Assembly (NCBI RefSeq): GCF_009914755.1
Contig: NC_060931.1
Source: the human T2T-CHM13v2.0 reference genome, Homo sapiens
Direction: 5' to 3' (one strand)
DNA length: 64,000 nt
The notes under the pieces are model-generated. The model worked only from the letters and a program-made list of their open reading frames with translations, ran no database searches and was not told where the DNA came from. Positions 39,145 through 56,702 of this stretch are shown in pieces (the first letter of the stretch is position 1; each line of letters opens with the position of its first letter). The position numbers were made by a program, and so were the translations under genes.

Positions 39145-40287
39145 ACCTGGATTTTTAATTCCAATTCTTACCTGTCTAGTCTGTTTTGTAACCTGGTGTT
39201 CTCATATTCCTATGACCTCTGATGTCTTATTTGAAAAGTCTTATCTGGAGGTCTGAGTCAATGCATGAACTATTGATGAATCCAGTATAGATAGCGCTCT
39301 GTTTTCTGTTATAGGTATACTGCCAATGTTTGTTGTTGTTGTTATTGATGTTGTTTTGTGTGTGGATTTTTTTTACACTTGTTGGCTTTAACTGGCTCTG
39401 ATTTTGTCTTATAAAAGAAATAAAATTACCTGGTCCTCCAGTGGCTAAGATTTAAAAAAAGAAAGGAAGAGAGAAAGAAAGCAAGCAAGAAAGGAACAAA
39501 ACAATAGAGAAAAAGACAAGAAGGTCAGTGTGGGTGTGAAGTAGGAGAAGGAAGAAAAAGAAAAAAATGGCAAGTGAGTCAGAGAAATTGATTTGTAAGC
39601 TTAGCAGGCAGAGCTAGGAAGGAAAAGAAAAGGAAGAGGAAGAATCAGAAATGTGTGTATATGAATAGAAAGCTATGTTTGAGTGAAATCAACTGAGCGT
39701 GATGGGTGTAATAAAGCCACATAGTGAAGGGTGAAGATGGCTGGTTGATGAAAAGCGAAGTGAATAAGGGAGGAACATTTCATCTGAGAGTAACTAAAGG
39801 AGATGGAAGAAGAAAAACACTGGGTTATAGGGATCATTGCCTCTGCTCAATGTCCTTGCTCATGTATTAGTCAGAACAAGCACCAAGCTGCTGTAACAAA
39901 GAATCCCAAAATTACCATTACATAAAGAAGAGAGAAATTGATTGTTCTCTCAAGTAACAGACAGGAGTTAGCAGGTGGTGGAGGTGTGCGGGGAGCTCTG
40001 CTCCAGGAAGTTGTAGGATCTTTGGTTCCTTCTCTCCTGGGCTCTAGAGTCCCCTGAAATGTCATTCTCATCAGAACGGCCAAGTCTAGATGACCATGGT
40101 CCAGTCTCTGGAAGGCGAGAGTCTGTGAAGGACAACAGTTTCTTTTTAAGGTGGCGACGTAGCACCTCTGCTCACATTTCATTGGTGAGAATTTAGTAAC
40201 ACAGCCCTAGGGAAGGCTGGAAAATGTGGTCTGACATTGGGCAGCCATGGTTCCTGCTGATTTAATGTTTTAAAATTTCTATGGCTC

Positions 40288-40580
40288 CCCAAGCATGGGT
40301 AGCTCATGCCTGTAATCTCAGCACTTTGAAAGGCTGAGGTGAGAGGATCACTTGAGCCCAGGGGTATGATACCAGCCTGGGCAATGTAGTGAGATGTCAT
40401 GCATACTAAAAAAAAAAATTAGCTGGGTGTGGTGGCGAGTGCCTGTGGTCCCAGCTCTAGGGAGGCTGAAGCAGGAGGACTGCTGGAGCCTGGGAGGTCA
40501 AAGCCACAGTGAGCCATGATTACACCACTGTACTCCAGCCTGGGCAACAGAGTGAGACTGTGTCTCAACAAAAGAAGGGA
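40288..40580 (+). mobile_element. AluJ
   Basis: Full dimer with private variant GATGTCATGCATAC. Confidence 0.92.
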
Positions 40581-40632
40581 AAGAAAGCTTATATTACTCA
40601 AAGAAGAAGGGGAGAATGGATTAAGAATGATT

Positions 40633-40954
40633 TGTGATCATGGCTCTCTGTGGCTTCAACCTCCCAGGCTCCAGCAATCCTCCTGCCCCAGCCTCCCTAG
40701 TAGCTGGGACTTGCCGCCATACCCAGCTAATTTTTTTTTTCTTTTAGTATGCATGACATCTCAGTATGCTGCCCAGGCTGGCATCATACTCCTGGGGTCA
40801 AACGATCCTCCCACCTCAGCCTCCCAAAGTGCTGGGATTACAGGCATGAGCCACTCGTGCTTGGAGAGTCATAGAAATTTTAGATTATAGCAGGAATCAT
40901 GGCTACCCAATGCCAGACCACATTTTCCAGCCTTTCCTGGGGCTGTGTTACTAA
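40633..40954 (-). repeat. Inverted duplicate of 40193-40524 (MLT1 flank plus most of the AluJ)
   Basis: Reverse-complement match, including non-Alu flank and private Alu variants. Confidence 0.93.
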
Positions 40955-41174
40955 CAGGGAAGGGGGCGATTAGTCTCTGATTCAGACCAATTCTGCTTAT
41001 CTTAGTCAAGATATATTATAGCCAATAAGGCCAGGAGTGACCTTCGGAAGGCATTCATTTATAGATGGGGAGGTATGAGTCTAGCTATAGTGAGAACACA
41101 TCCACATATTCATATGCAGAGAGGGCAATCGAATGATTTAGAAAGCTGTCATGTATTTATTGCCTCATGTGTGA

Positions 41175-41547
<373 letters not shown>

Positions 41548-41645
41548 ACATACTATTTTCATTAAGTGAGGTTCAGCAAAACGATCTTTGGATCACACAG
41601 CAAGTACTTTGCAGCACTCAGCGGGCCTGCGCTGGGACCCAATAG

Positions 41646-42135
<490 letters not shown>

Positions 42136-42776
42136 ATCCCCCTCACCCATTGGCTGTGCTACCACCTGGGGCAGCTCCACTGTGGTCACTGAAGGCCTCC
42201 AAGGGGTGGAAGGTTTAAAATTAGGTCTTGCATCACATTTAGCTAGCGGCCAGGTGTTAGGTCTTGGGCAGCTCCGCCCTCTGCCTAAAGGGTTCACAGG
42301 TGGAAACACGCAGGGCATATTTCAGACAGCAACTAATTCCAATCTGTTATTAATAAAAACAGTTCAAAAAACATTTGGCAACAGACCACAGGATCCGGTG
42401 CTATTTATGAGAAGCGTTTAATGGGAGAAAGCTCAGCTGCAGCAGATGGATGTCGACGGGGCCTCTCCAGAGTGTCTCACTCTGTTTTCCTTTGTCTTTG
42501 AATAAATTCGAGGGTGCCATGTGCTAGCCTGGATGGATGGTTTTGAACCACAGCTCACTAAAAGCAGGCGCTTCCCTGAAGCTTAACTATAAAGGGGAAG
42601 TGGAATTACCCAGGCAATTCCCTCTTAGTTTGGGCTGATTCCTCCTGGAACAGAAAGGCCTTTGGCCAACAAGCAAATGTAGCTACTAACCCCTTAGGTA
42701 TCGAGCCAGTGTTGGAAATGAGACACACAGCCTCTTTATCCCACTATCCCCATGTTGGTTATTAAGAGCCCTGCCC

Positions 42777-43078
42777 TTTGTTTTTTTTTTTTTTTTTTTG
42801 AGATGGAGTTTCACTCTTGTTGCCCAGGCTGGAGTGCAATGGCGCGATCTTGGCTCACTGCAACTCCGCCTCCTGGGTTCAAGTGATTCTCCTGCCTCAG
42901 CCTCCCGAGTAGCTGGGATTACAGTCATGCACCACCATGCCCGACTAATTTTATATTTTTAGTAGAGACGGGGTTTCTCCATGTTGGTCAGGCTGGTCTT
43001 GAACTGCCGACCTCAAGTGATCCACCCACCTCAGCCTCCCAAAGTGCTGCGATTACAGGCATGAGCCACTGCGCCTTG
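42777..43078 (-). mobile_element. Alu (Sp-like)
   Basis: GGGTTTCTCCATGTTGGTCAGG diagnostic. Confidence 0.95.
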
Positions 43079-43180
43079 GTTTTGATGTGGCTGTGCCACA
43101 CCAAGTGTCTAGGTGCTTCCTTTCCTGGCCTTGACCCTTAGCATCAGTGGAGAAGGGTCAAGTCCAAGACCACAGGATCC

Positions 43181-43260
43181 TCCATGGGATCAGTGACTTT
43201 CCAATTCAGACCACACCTGCTTCATGGGGTCAGTGACTCCCCACTTCACACCACACTTGT
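43181..43260 (+). repeat. 2 x 40-bp diverged tandem duplication
   Basis: TCCATGGGATCAGTGACTTTCCAATTCAGACCACACCTGC / TTCATGGGGTCAGTGACTCCCCACTTCACACCACACTTGT. Confidence 0.85.
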
Positions 43261-43539
43261 CTGCAGCTGATTTCTTATGAATGGCCCTGGACCTCCAGGA
43301 AGATACAGACCTGTAATGACAAGCCTTTTAGGACCTGGGAAGTCCTCTGGGAAATGCATCTTTTTTTTTTTTTTTTTTTTAATTTTAATTCTTGTAGATG
43401 AAGCTAGCAGCTTCTTAGCACCTTACTTTTGCATATGAAAGGCCTGGTAATTACTACTTTCATCCTTAAAGCATGCAAGTGACATGCAAAATTAGCACTT
43501 GAGAAGATGCACTTTTAGACCTTGTTGTAAAGCAAAACT

Positions 43540-44090
43540 TATTATTTGAAGATAAATCAATTTCTGTTGCCTGTATTTGTGGTTTTCCCCCAGATGGCTA
43601 ATTACCAAAGATAAATGTGTATAAACACAAGCCTTATTCCTCTCCATCCATCTTCCCTGCCTGCCTGTTTATCCAGAGGTTAATAATCGCAATCCTGTAG
43701 TGTATTGCCATAGTAATGGCTTTGATGGGCCCGGCGAGTTTATGACCTTTTGTTACAAGCAGAAGGACATGCATTTCAAGAAAGGAAGGTCATTTCAGAG
43801 ATGAATGTGCAGATAACTAGCCTCTCTGAAACTGAGCCAATAGGAAAAAGAAAACAGAAAACAAAATAAAAAGAAGGGGGAGAGAAAAACCCACACACAA
43901 CTGCACAAAACAAACAGCATAAATGTCACGGAAATCGGTTCACAGTAAAATTAAATAAGGTTCCTGCAAGCATTAATTTTCATATTTCCTGTTTATGCAC
44001 TGTTAAAATTATTCCCTGGCCTTGATTTATGAGGCAGTAAGACCATGGCCCATCACTCAGCCACTAACCAAATTCATTTAAGGACTGGAA
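43540..44090. promoter_or_regulatory. Candidate developmental enhancer / conserved non-coding element
   Basis: Repeat-free, dense motifs: TAAATCAA, TGTGGTT, CAGATG, CTAATTA, ATAAACA, CTTTGAT, TTTATGAC, TGATTTATG; motif evidence only. Confidence 0.5.
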
Positions 44091-44199
44091 CATCCATTCA
44101 GATAGAACTAACTTCCTCTGTGGTCAAAAGGGCAAGTGGTAAGTGATGTGTTTCTGGAGAGAAGCTTAGGACATCTGTACAAGGACTGAGGTTTAGATC

Positions 44200-44600
44200 G
44201 TCTTCCTTCCCTTCCTTTCCTTTCCTTCCTTTCCCTCCCTCCCTTCCTTCCTTCCTTTTTTCCTTCCTTTCTTCCTATTCCCCTTCCTCTCTCTCTTCCT
44301 CCCTTCCTCCCTCCATCTTTCCTTTCGTCCTTCTTTCTCTCCCTCTTCCCTCCCTCCATCCATCCTTCCTTTCTCCTTCCTTCCTTCTTTCCTTCCTTCC
44401 TTCTTTCCTTCCTTCCTATTCCCCTTCCTCCCTCTCTCCCTCCCTTTCTCCCTCCATCCTTCCTTTCCTCTTTCTTCCTCTCCCTCTTCCCTCCCATTCA
44501 TCCTTCCTTCCTTCATTCCTTACTTCCTTCCATTTTTTCCTTCCTTTCTTCATTTTTCCCTCCCTCCCTCTCTCCCTCCCTCCTTCTGTCCTTCTTTCCC
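44200..44600 (+). repeat. CT-rich low-complexity tract with an internal duplication of about 140 bp
   Basis: CTTCCTATTCCCCTTCCTC at about 44271 and 44412. Confidence 0.9.
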
Positions 44601-44704
44601 TGCTAATTATAAAGTGATACATACTCAATAGAACAACAAACAACACAAAGGAGTTAAAATCTGCGCCAATCTCCCACCCAACTTTTGGAGATAAACAGTG
44701 CTAA

Positions 44705-44950
44705 GAAATGACTAATTAAACATAGAGCTCTGATATGTCTAAGACATTGTTCTAAGCTGTTTACAAACACTAATTCATGTTATCCTCATAAAAGCCCCAC
44801 AGAGGTATCACTGTCCCTATTTTACAGGTGAGAAAATAGAAACTCAGAGAAGTAACCCCTTCGAAATCACATAGGCAGTAACAGAAAGAGGAGGGCATCA
44901 GACCCCTGTCTGCCGGCCTCCTGGGCTGTGTGCTGTGATGACATACTGAA
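44705..44950 (-). mobile_element. MIR
   Basis: CCCTATTTTACAGGTGAGAAAATAGAAACTCAGAGAAGTAAC core. Confidence 0.8.
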
Positions 44951-45194
44951 TCTAAGGCCAGAACCACCAGTGCCCTCTAAAGCCAGGCACTTTATTGTGC
45001 TGGCAAAGTGTTGAAGGACCTTAAATGACATTGAAGACGCAATATTCTGACCACTATGGTGCTGAAAACCCTGGATTGTGTCAAAGGAAAGTTGTATCAG
45101 ACAGACTTAAACAGACAAGAATGACTTTGTTGGAGAATGCTGCAATAGGGAAGAGAGAGTGAGTCCAACTCTAAATACAGATGCCACTCATTAA

Positions 45195-45507
<313 letters not shown>

Positions 45508-45734
45508 CCACATGTACTTTTAAAGTGGTACGATTGTATAGAGCTGAATTGTCATGTTGTAGGTTATACGACGCCAAAGGAGCCCAAGATCAGAATGCAG
45601 GGTGAGATTCTTGAAGAGAAACATCCAAAGCTTTCCCGCCTCTAAGTTCTGCTTTGCTTGTTAATTGCTCTCTTTATTATAGGGTGGTGCTTGTATGGTG
45701 ACATGGGTACAAAATAGGAATAGAATATTTTGTT

Positions 45735-46589
<855 letters not shown>

Positions 46590-46681
46590 TGAATGTTTCC
46601 TCCTCTGATTTGGGCTGAAGATGGTGCATTGTCTATTCCCAGGTTTCCAAAGGGCATCAGAGTCATAAGAATAATTCCTGC

Positions 46682-48441
<1,760 letters not shown>

Positions 48442-48540
48442 TTACTCTCTGCCTGAAATTTCACTGCTAAAGCTCCATTTCCTTGGCCTTTAAGGACTTC
48501 TCAGTATTCAAGGGTCTCCTCTTAAAGAAGTGCTGGAATA

Positions 48541-48868
48541 GGCCGGACATGGTGGTTCACGCCTATAATCACAGCACTTTGAGAGGCTGAGGCGGGCGGA
48601 TCACTTGATTGAGGTCAGCAGTTCAAGACCAGCCTGGCCAAGACGGTGAAACCCCGTCTCTACTAAAAATACAAAAATTAGCTGGACGTGGTGACGTGTG
48701 CCTGTAATCCCAGTTCCTCAGGAGGCTGAGGCACAAGAATTGCTTGAATCTGGGAGGTGGAGGTTGCAGTGAGCTGAGATTGCATCATTGCACTCTGGCC
48801 TGGGCAACAGAGCAAGATTCTATCTCAAAAAACAAGCAAGCAAACAAACAAACAAACAAACAAACAAG
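48541..48868 (+). mobile_element. Alu (S-type)
   Basis: Full dimer; TSD AAGAAGTGCTGGAA. Confidence 0.95.
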
Positions 48869-48897
48869 AAGTGCTGGAACAGGGCCTATTCCCTGGA

Positions 48898-49064
48898 GCC
48901 TGGGCACAGTGGCTCACACTTATTATCCCAGTGCTTTGGGAGGCCAAGGTGGGAGGATTATTTGAGGCCACGAGTTTGAGACCAGCCTGGGCAGCCTAGC
49001 AAGATCCCATCTCTACAGAATAATATAAAAAATATATATAGCCAAGCACAGTGGCACATGCCTG
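48898..49064 (+). mobile_element. AluJ/FLAM-like left arm, 3'-truncated
   Basis: Left monomer, linker and about 25 bp of right arm. Confidence 0.85.
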
Positions 49065-49182
49065 GAATAGGGCCCATCTTAAACCCTCAGCAGCTAAAAA
49101 AATTGGAGTTCAACCAGAAGAGGGCAAGGCCTGGGACCAAATGCACCATGAGCAGGTTAGAGGAACTGACCATGGCAAAGCA

Positions 49183-49795
49183 TTTTTTTTTTTAGAGACA
49201 GGATCTTGCTCTGTCATCCAGGGTGGAGTGCAGTGGCCTTGTATTAGTCAGAGTTCTCTAAAGGGACAGAACTAATAGGATATATGTATACATGAGAGGG
49301 AATTTATTAAGAAGAATTGACTCACACAATTACAAGGTAAAGTCCCACGACAGGCTGTCTGCAAGTTGAGGAGCAAAGACAGTGGTGGATCAGTCCAAGT
49401 TCCAAAACCTCAAAAGTAGGGAAGCCGACAGCAGCGCAGCCTTCAGTCTGTGGCTGAAAGGCCCAAGAGCCCCGGGCAAATCACTGCTGTAAGTCCAAGA
49501 GTTCCAAAGCTGAAGAACATGGAGTCTGACGTTCAAGGGCAGGAAGCATCCAGCATGGAAGAAAGATGAAGTCCGGAAGACTCAGCGAGTCTGCTTTATT
49601 CTAGCTGCACTGACAGTTGTTTAGATGGTGCCCATGCACATTGAGGGTGGTCTGCCTCTCGCAGTCCACTGACTCAAATGTTACTCCCCTTTGGCAAGAC
49701 CCTCATAGACACACCCAGGAACAATACTTGGCATCCTTCAATGCAATCAAGTTGACACTCAATATTCATCATCACAGGCCCGATCACAGCTCTCT
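49183..49795 (-). mobile_element. Short AluJ/FRAM 3' fragment split by MLT2A2
   Basis: GAGACAGGATCTTGCTCTGTC...GCAGTGGCCT, then LTR, then GGCCCGATCACAGCTC; TSD CAAAGCA. Confidence 0.78.
49240..49776 (-). mobile_element. MLT2A2 solo LTR (HERV-L)
   Basis: TGTATTAGTCAG...CATCACA; extra AAAACCTCAAAAGTAGGGAAGCCGACAG block; TSD GGCCT/GGCCC. Confidence 0.92.
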
Positions 49796-50375
49796 CCAAA
49801 GCACCAGAGAGACCTGCCATGGTGGTAGGGGGCTCCCAGAGACCGGTGGTCCTTACCACCCTTCTCCTCTGCTTCTCTTTGACTCTCAGCACAAATGCAG
49901 AGGCAGTGGTTGGATCATGTTGCAGCTCTTGCCAGCTCTTACACCCGAGTGGGAAGCCTGAGAAATCTTGGTTCTCATCTGTCAGTAAGGAGCATGTTCT
50001 CACCTGCTCTGCGGGGCTCAGTATCCCAAAGTCTTGGTTTGTCCTGTGCAATTTTTGGGCAGGCAGGGTGGCTTTGAGCTTTTCTGAGAGATTTCAGCTT
50101 CCTGTGGCTCCCAAACCCATGTACGTCCTGCCTGGGCTGGAGCCTGGACACCCACAGACCCACAGAGCTGCACTCTCTCCACGCCTAGCGAAGCATGTCA
50201 CTCCCATCCCCACGGCTAGGCCTGATCCTCATCAGTGCCCTCTCAGACCTTAGTCCTGGCTCCAGCGTCTCTTCTTGGAGCCAAAGCCATGACCTGCCTC
50301 TTGACTCTCCATTCAGCCCAGAGTTTTAACTCTGTACCCCTAACCACTGACTGGCTTTGGGTTTCCAATCTTTAG

Positions 50376-50791
<416 letters not shown>

Positions 50792-50794
50792 TGA

Positions 50795-51570
<776 letters not shown>

Positions 51571-51775
51571 TTAGATATTATGATTACTACAATGACTGGT
51601 GGTATTGCTCTCTCCAGATTCCAGCCCGGCCCTTTCAACTCTCCCGAATCTAAGCCAACAGTCAAGGTGAATTTCCTGTTTGCTCCCAGCAGCTCTCCCT
51701 CCTGAGTTCCTTTCCTTCATCCCTGAGTTTGCATCGCTGGTGGGTGCCTGCAGGTCTCCAGGCTGTGCTGACTCA

Positions 51776-52139
<364 letters not shown>

Positions 52140-52339
52140 CTAGAGGAGCTGGGGATGCTTTGGGATCTCTCAGAAGGGCAGCCCTGAGCTCATGTGAGGA
52201 TGATATACTAGGTAGGATGGTAGAAGTGACATTGCAAATGAGGGAAATTAACTGTTCCAACCAGAGCTGGAATCTAAAGATGGAGATGACAGGAAGTCCT
52301 GTGAATGTATGGTCCTGACCACAGGCCTGCCAGAAATCA

Positions 52340-52830
52340 GCCTCGGCTGGAAAATTGAGCTGTGATTATTACAAAGAGTCAGAATGATGGCTTCAGTCAT
52401 GATGCTTCGTTTCATAAAGAGCAGCCCAAACAATGTCGACATTAAGTATTTAGAGAGAGAAGGATGGTTTGTAAAGGAGCGTCTTCTTATTCCCTGAAAA
52501 GGTACTATGAAGACGTCAGGCGTATGGAAATAACAGATGGGAAAGGCGAGCAGAGATCATTACTCTGAACTGTAAGTGCCATTATTGACAAGCACAACCC
52601 ACATCGCTGAGCAAATAGATGTGCCTGAGAGTAGGAGGGAGATGCATGAAGAAAAGGAAGCATAAGCCGGATATTTCCCAATATTGGGGGTTGAAGAGAA
52701 ATTGCATTAGGATGCTAGCATTCTTCAAAGTTAAAAAAATAAAAAGGTTTGAGCTGGAATGTGAGCAAGGAAGATCCCCTCAGCAGTTAATTAATAGGCT
52801 AATTTATTTTTCATTTCTATATGACATATT
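52340..52830. promoter_or_regulatory. Candidate enhancer / conserved non-coding element
   Basis: Repeat-free; AACAATG, CATAAA, TAAGTG, TTAATTAA motifs and retained CpGs; motif evidence only. Confidence 0.35.
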
Positions 52831-52870
52831 TGTTCTCAGTGTTAGGGGGATCACTCTGAAAATCTGATGA

Positions 52871-53233
<363 letters not shown>

Positions 53234-53239
53234 TGATCA

Positions 53240-53420
53240 ATTTTTCATTTGCTTGTTTTTATTTTAGATTCAAACACATGCAGGTTTGTTACATGAGTAT
53301 GCTGCAAATTGTGAGGTTTGGATTTCTATCAAGCCCATCGCCCAAATAGCAAACATAGTACCCAATAGGTAGGTTTTCAGCCCTAGCCACTCTCCTTCTT
53401 TCTCTCTTTTTGGAGACCAC
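53240..53420 (-). mobile_element. LINE-1 extreme 3' end (L1PA16/L1PB-like)
   Basis: CATGCAGGTTTGTTACATG...CATAGTACCCAATAGGTAGGTTTTCA. Confidence 0.82.
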
Positions 53421-54549
53421 TGCCACCTCCCCAGAGCTACCCCATGTTGACCATTGGATGCATTGGATGCAGGCTGTCTTGGGAAGAGAGTGTGGCTTTG
53501 AATAAAGCAGTTCACTTCAGCTGAGGGCAAGTTCTGGAGATGGAGCAGCTGAGGGAATGGGTGCCTCTGTCCAGGAGCTGAAGTTCTGGGTAGCACATGA
53601 CAGTGTCCACTACACCATGGAGCCCTGCTTTGAAGAAGCACCTGTGCCTCTTGTGCTCTATGGAACATGCTTTGGGAATGCTGCCTATAAGACTGCAGTT
53701 TAGAGATAAGCAATCTGTAATTGGAAGCTATGGGTCTAATTGTATTTATCCATCCAGAGCATCTAGTATAGCAAACTGTGATACTACATGAGCCTACCTA
53801 GTTTAGGCACTTTGGGCAAGTTTAGGCACAATTTAGGCACAATCTGTAAGGCAAGCTTAGAATATCTGCCTATAGTATCTAGAAATAAATGATGTTGAGT
53901 GTCTTACAGTGTAATGCAGACTTAAGCTAGTTAGTGGTGGAACTGAGACTTGGAGAGGTGCCTGGCTCTCAGGTCAGTTTTGTTCCATTGCACCCACAAG
54001 CCCTTGGTTCTGGAGACAGAGATGTGAAGAAATTATACTGAGGAATACCTTCACCAAAAGGGCAGCCAACCTTATGATTTGGACATTCTATTTTGAGACC
54101 AGTTAAAAGAGAGAAATTTCAATTCATTTCTCATTTGTCATTCACCAGGTCTGGGATGTCCCTGGGCAATGCTAAGCTAACATTCAGCAGTGTCTACAAG
54201 ATGACACACAACATGTTGAAAGGTAGGCATTAAAGACCTTTGACGGCATTGGAAGAGGGTAATAACAGCCTCCCAAGAGTGATAAGAGCAGGAACAAATG
54301 TGAACTGAAGATCAAACATCAGCCAGCTACATAAGACAAGACTGAAATGGGATGCCAGGCAGCCTCCGGGGGAAGAGGCGATAGGCAGGATCAGTGTTCT
54401 GAAACAGGAACATGACTGATCTCCAAAATAAACAGATGGACAGATCACAGCCTAATTTAGATACTACCTTAAGGTCACTGCCACTGAGGTTTTGATTTTT
54501 CTTCTATAAGTAGTTCACAGCTTTGCCAGAATATAAATAGAGTACATTG

Positions 54550-54700
54550 AGGCAAAGCTTAAAAGGACCTAAAAGAAGGTATAGCCCAATGTCTTTATTT
54601 TCTTTATCAGCACACCAAAGCCCAGAATAGTTTATTGATTTGCCTAAGGTGACACAGCAAATTAGTAACAACACAAGAAGAGAAACCAGGTCTTTATAAA
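54550..54700 (-). mobile_element. MIR fragment
   Basis: TGATTTGCCTAAGGTGACACAGCAAATTAGT. Confidence 0.6.
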
Positions 54701-54866
54701 AATTTTTTTAACAAAATTATTCATTTATAGACATTGAACATTTCATGTGCATGGTCCCTGGGTTTAAACCCAATAGACTGTGGAGTTGATTGGGGTACAG
54801 TGCTTGATTTGAGGAAGTTCTCAATCAACTAAGCAAAGAGATCCATCAACAAATAATAAGAGGACA

Positions 54867-55160
54867 GGCCGGGTGCGGTGGCTCACACCTGTAATCCCAG
54901 CACTTCGGGAGGCCGAGGCAGGCAGATCATCTGAGGTCAGGAGTTTGAGACCAGCCTGGCCAACATGGTGAAACCATGTCTCTACTAAAAATACAAAATT
55001 GGCTGGGTGTGGTGGCACGCACCTGTAATCCCAGCTACCCCAGAGGCTGAGGCAGGAGAATCGCTTGAACCCAGGAGCAGAGGTTGCAGTGAGCTGAGAC
55101 TGTGCCACTGCACTCCAGCCTGGGCAACAAAGTGAGATTCCAATTCAAATAAATAAATAA
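54867..55160 (+). mobile_element. Alu (Sx-like)
   Basis: Full dimer; TSD AATAATAAGAGGACA. Confidence 0.95.
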
Positions 55161-55279
55161 TAAGAGGACAGACTAGAAAGTATGCCTTGAGAGCATTTTC
55201 ACAATGCTAAATGATATGATATATACAAAGTGTGGAAAGCCCTGACTAATCCTGAGATGCTTAGAAAATTGGTAGAAGT

Positions 55280-55652
<373 letters not shown>

Positions 55653-55828
55653 TCAGCCTCAATTCTGTCAATTGTCCAGAATCAGTTCTGAATAGGCAAG
55701 AGGGTGTGTTAACTGTTTTAGGTTCAAAGCAGTTAGGGTCTGGATTGCCTCTGTCAGCATTGGGTCCAGTGTTCCACATGCCTGGCCACCCAGTACAGCC
55801 AAACAGCTCAGTATAAAGAAATAGATTT

Positions 55829-56145
<317 letters not shown>

Positions 56146-56702
56146 TGGATTAGAAGAAGAGAAGGGAGTCTCACAGTACCCTTTGCAGGAAGTACCCCCA
56201 GGTCTCTGTCTTTATACCTCTGCTCTCTCTCCCCCTGCATTTCAGAATATGATATGGGCATCTCTTAGAGTATCTGTCTCATGATCCTGCTATCTTTGTC
56301 CTGATTTTTTTTTTTTTTTTGGTGGCTTATTTGTCATCATGCATATGTTCCAGTCAAGTCAGCTATAACTTCTGGGATTATGTGACCATGGAGCTCTGGT
56401 GTCTACAGCTGTTTGGGCTATGTATAGGTTCTCTGATTCTTCAGAAAGAGAAGTTAAATTCATTTGGCACAATTAGATCAGCTTCCCACCCCTCTTCCCA
56501 TCAACTGTGGTCAGGGCGGCAGTCAACTACTATAGTTAAAAACCCATAGGCTTTCTCTACCATCAATGGCTGTGAGAGGCATTAGTCCTGGAGTGTCAAC
56601 GGCTTGAGTAGGTACTCTAAACATGTCTAATGATCGTCAACTCCCAAACATGCCTTCTTCTCTGTCATTCAGATTTGGGGAGATTCAGCCTCAGTTCTTC
56701 CA

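Larger units (their letters stand above)
39863..40985 (-). mobile_element. MaLR LTR (MLT1J-like) disrupted by an AluJ and an inverted duplication
   Basis: TGTATTAGTCAG...GCTGCTGTAACAAA; TCTGCTCACATTTCATTGG..AGAA.TTAGT; GAAGAAGGGGAGAATGGAT. Confidence 0.75.

Noticed and set aside
45045-45066. REST/NRSE left half-site TTCAGCACC on the minus strand
   Set aside because: The right half is mismatched (GGTCAG) and the spacing is non-canonical.
49819-50253. 144-aa ORF with hydrophobic N-terminus downstream of MLT2A2
   Set aside because: No recognisable family, it is on the opposite strand to the LTR promoter, and its length is compatible with chance.
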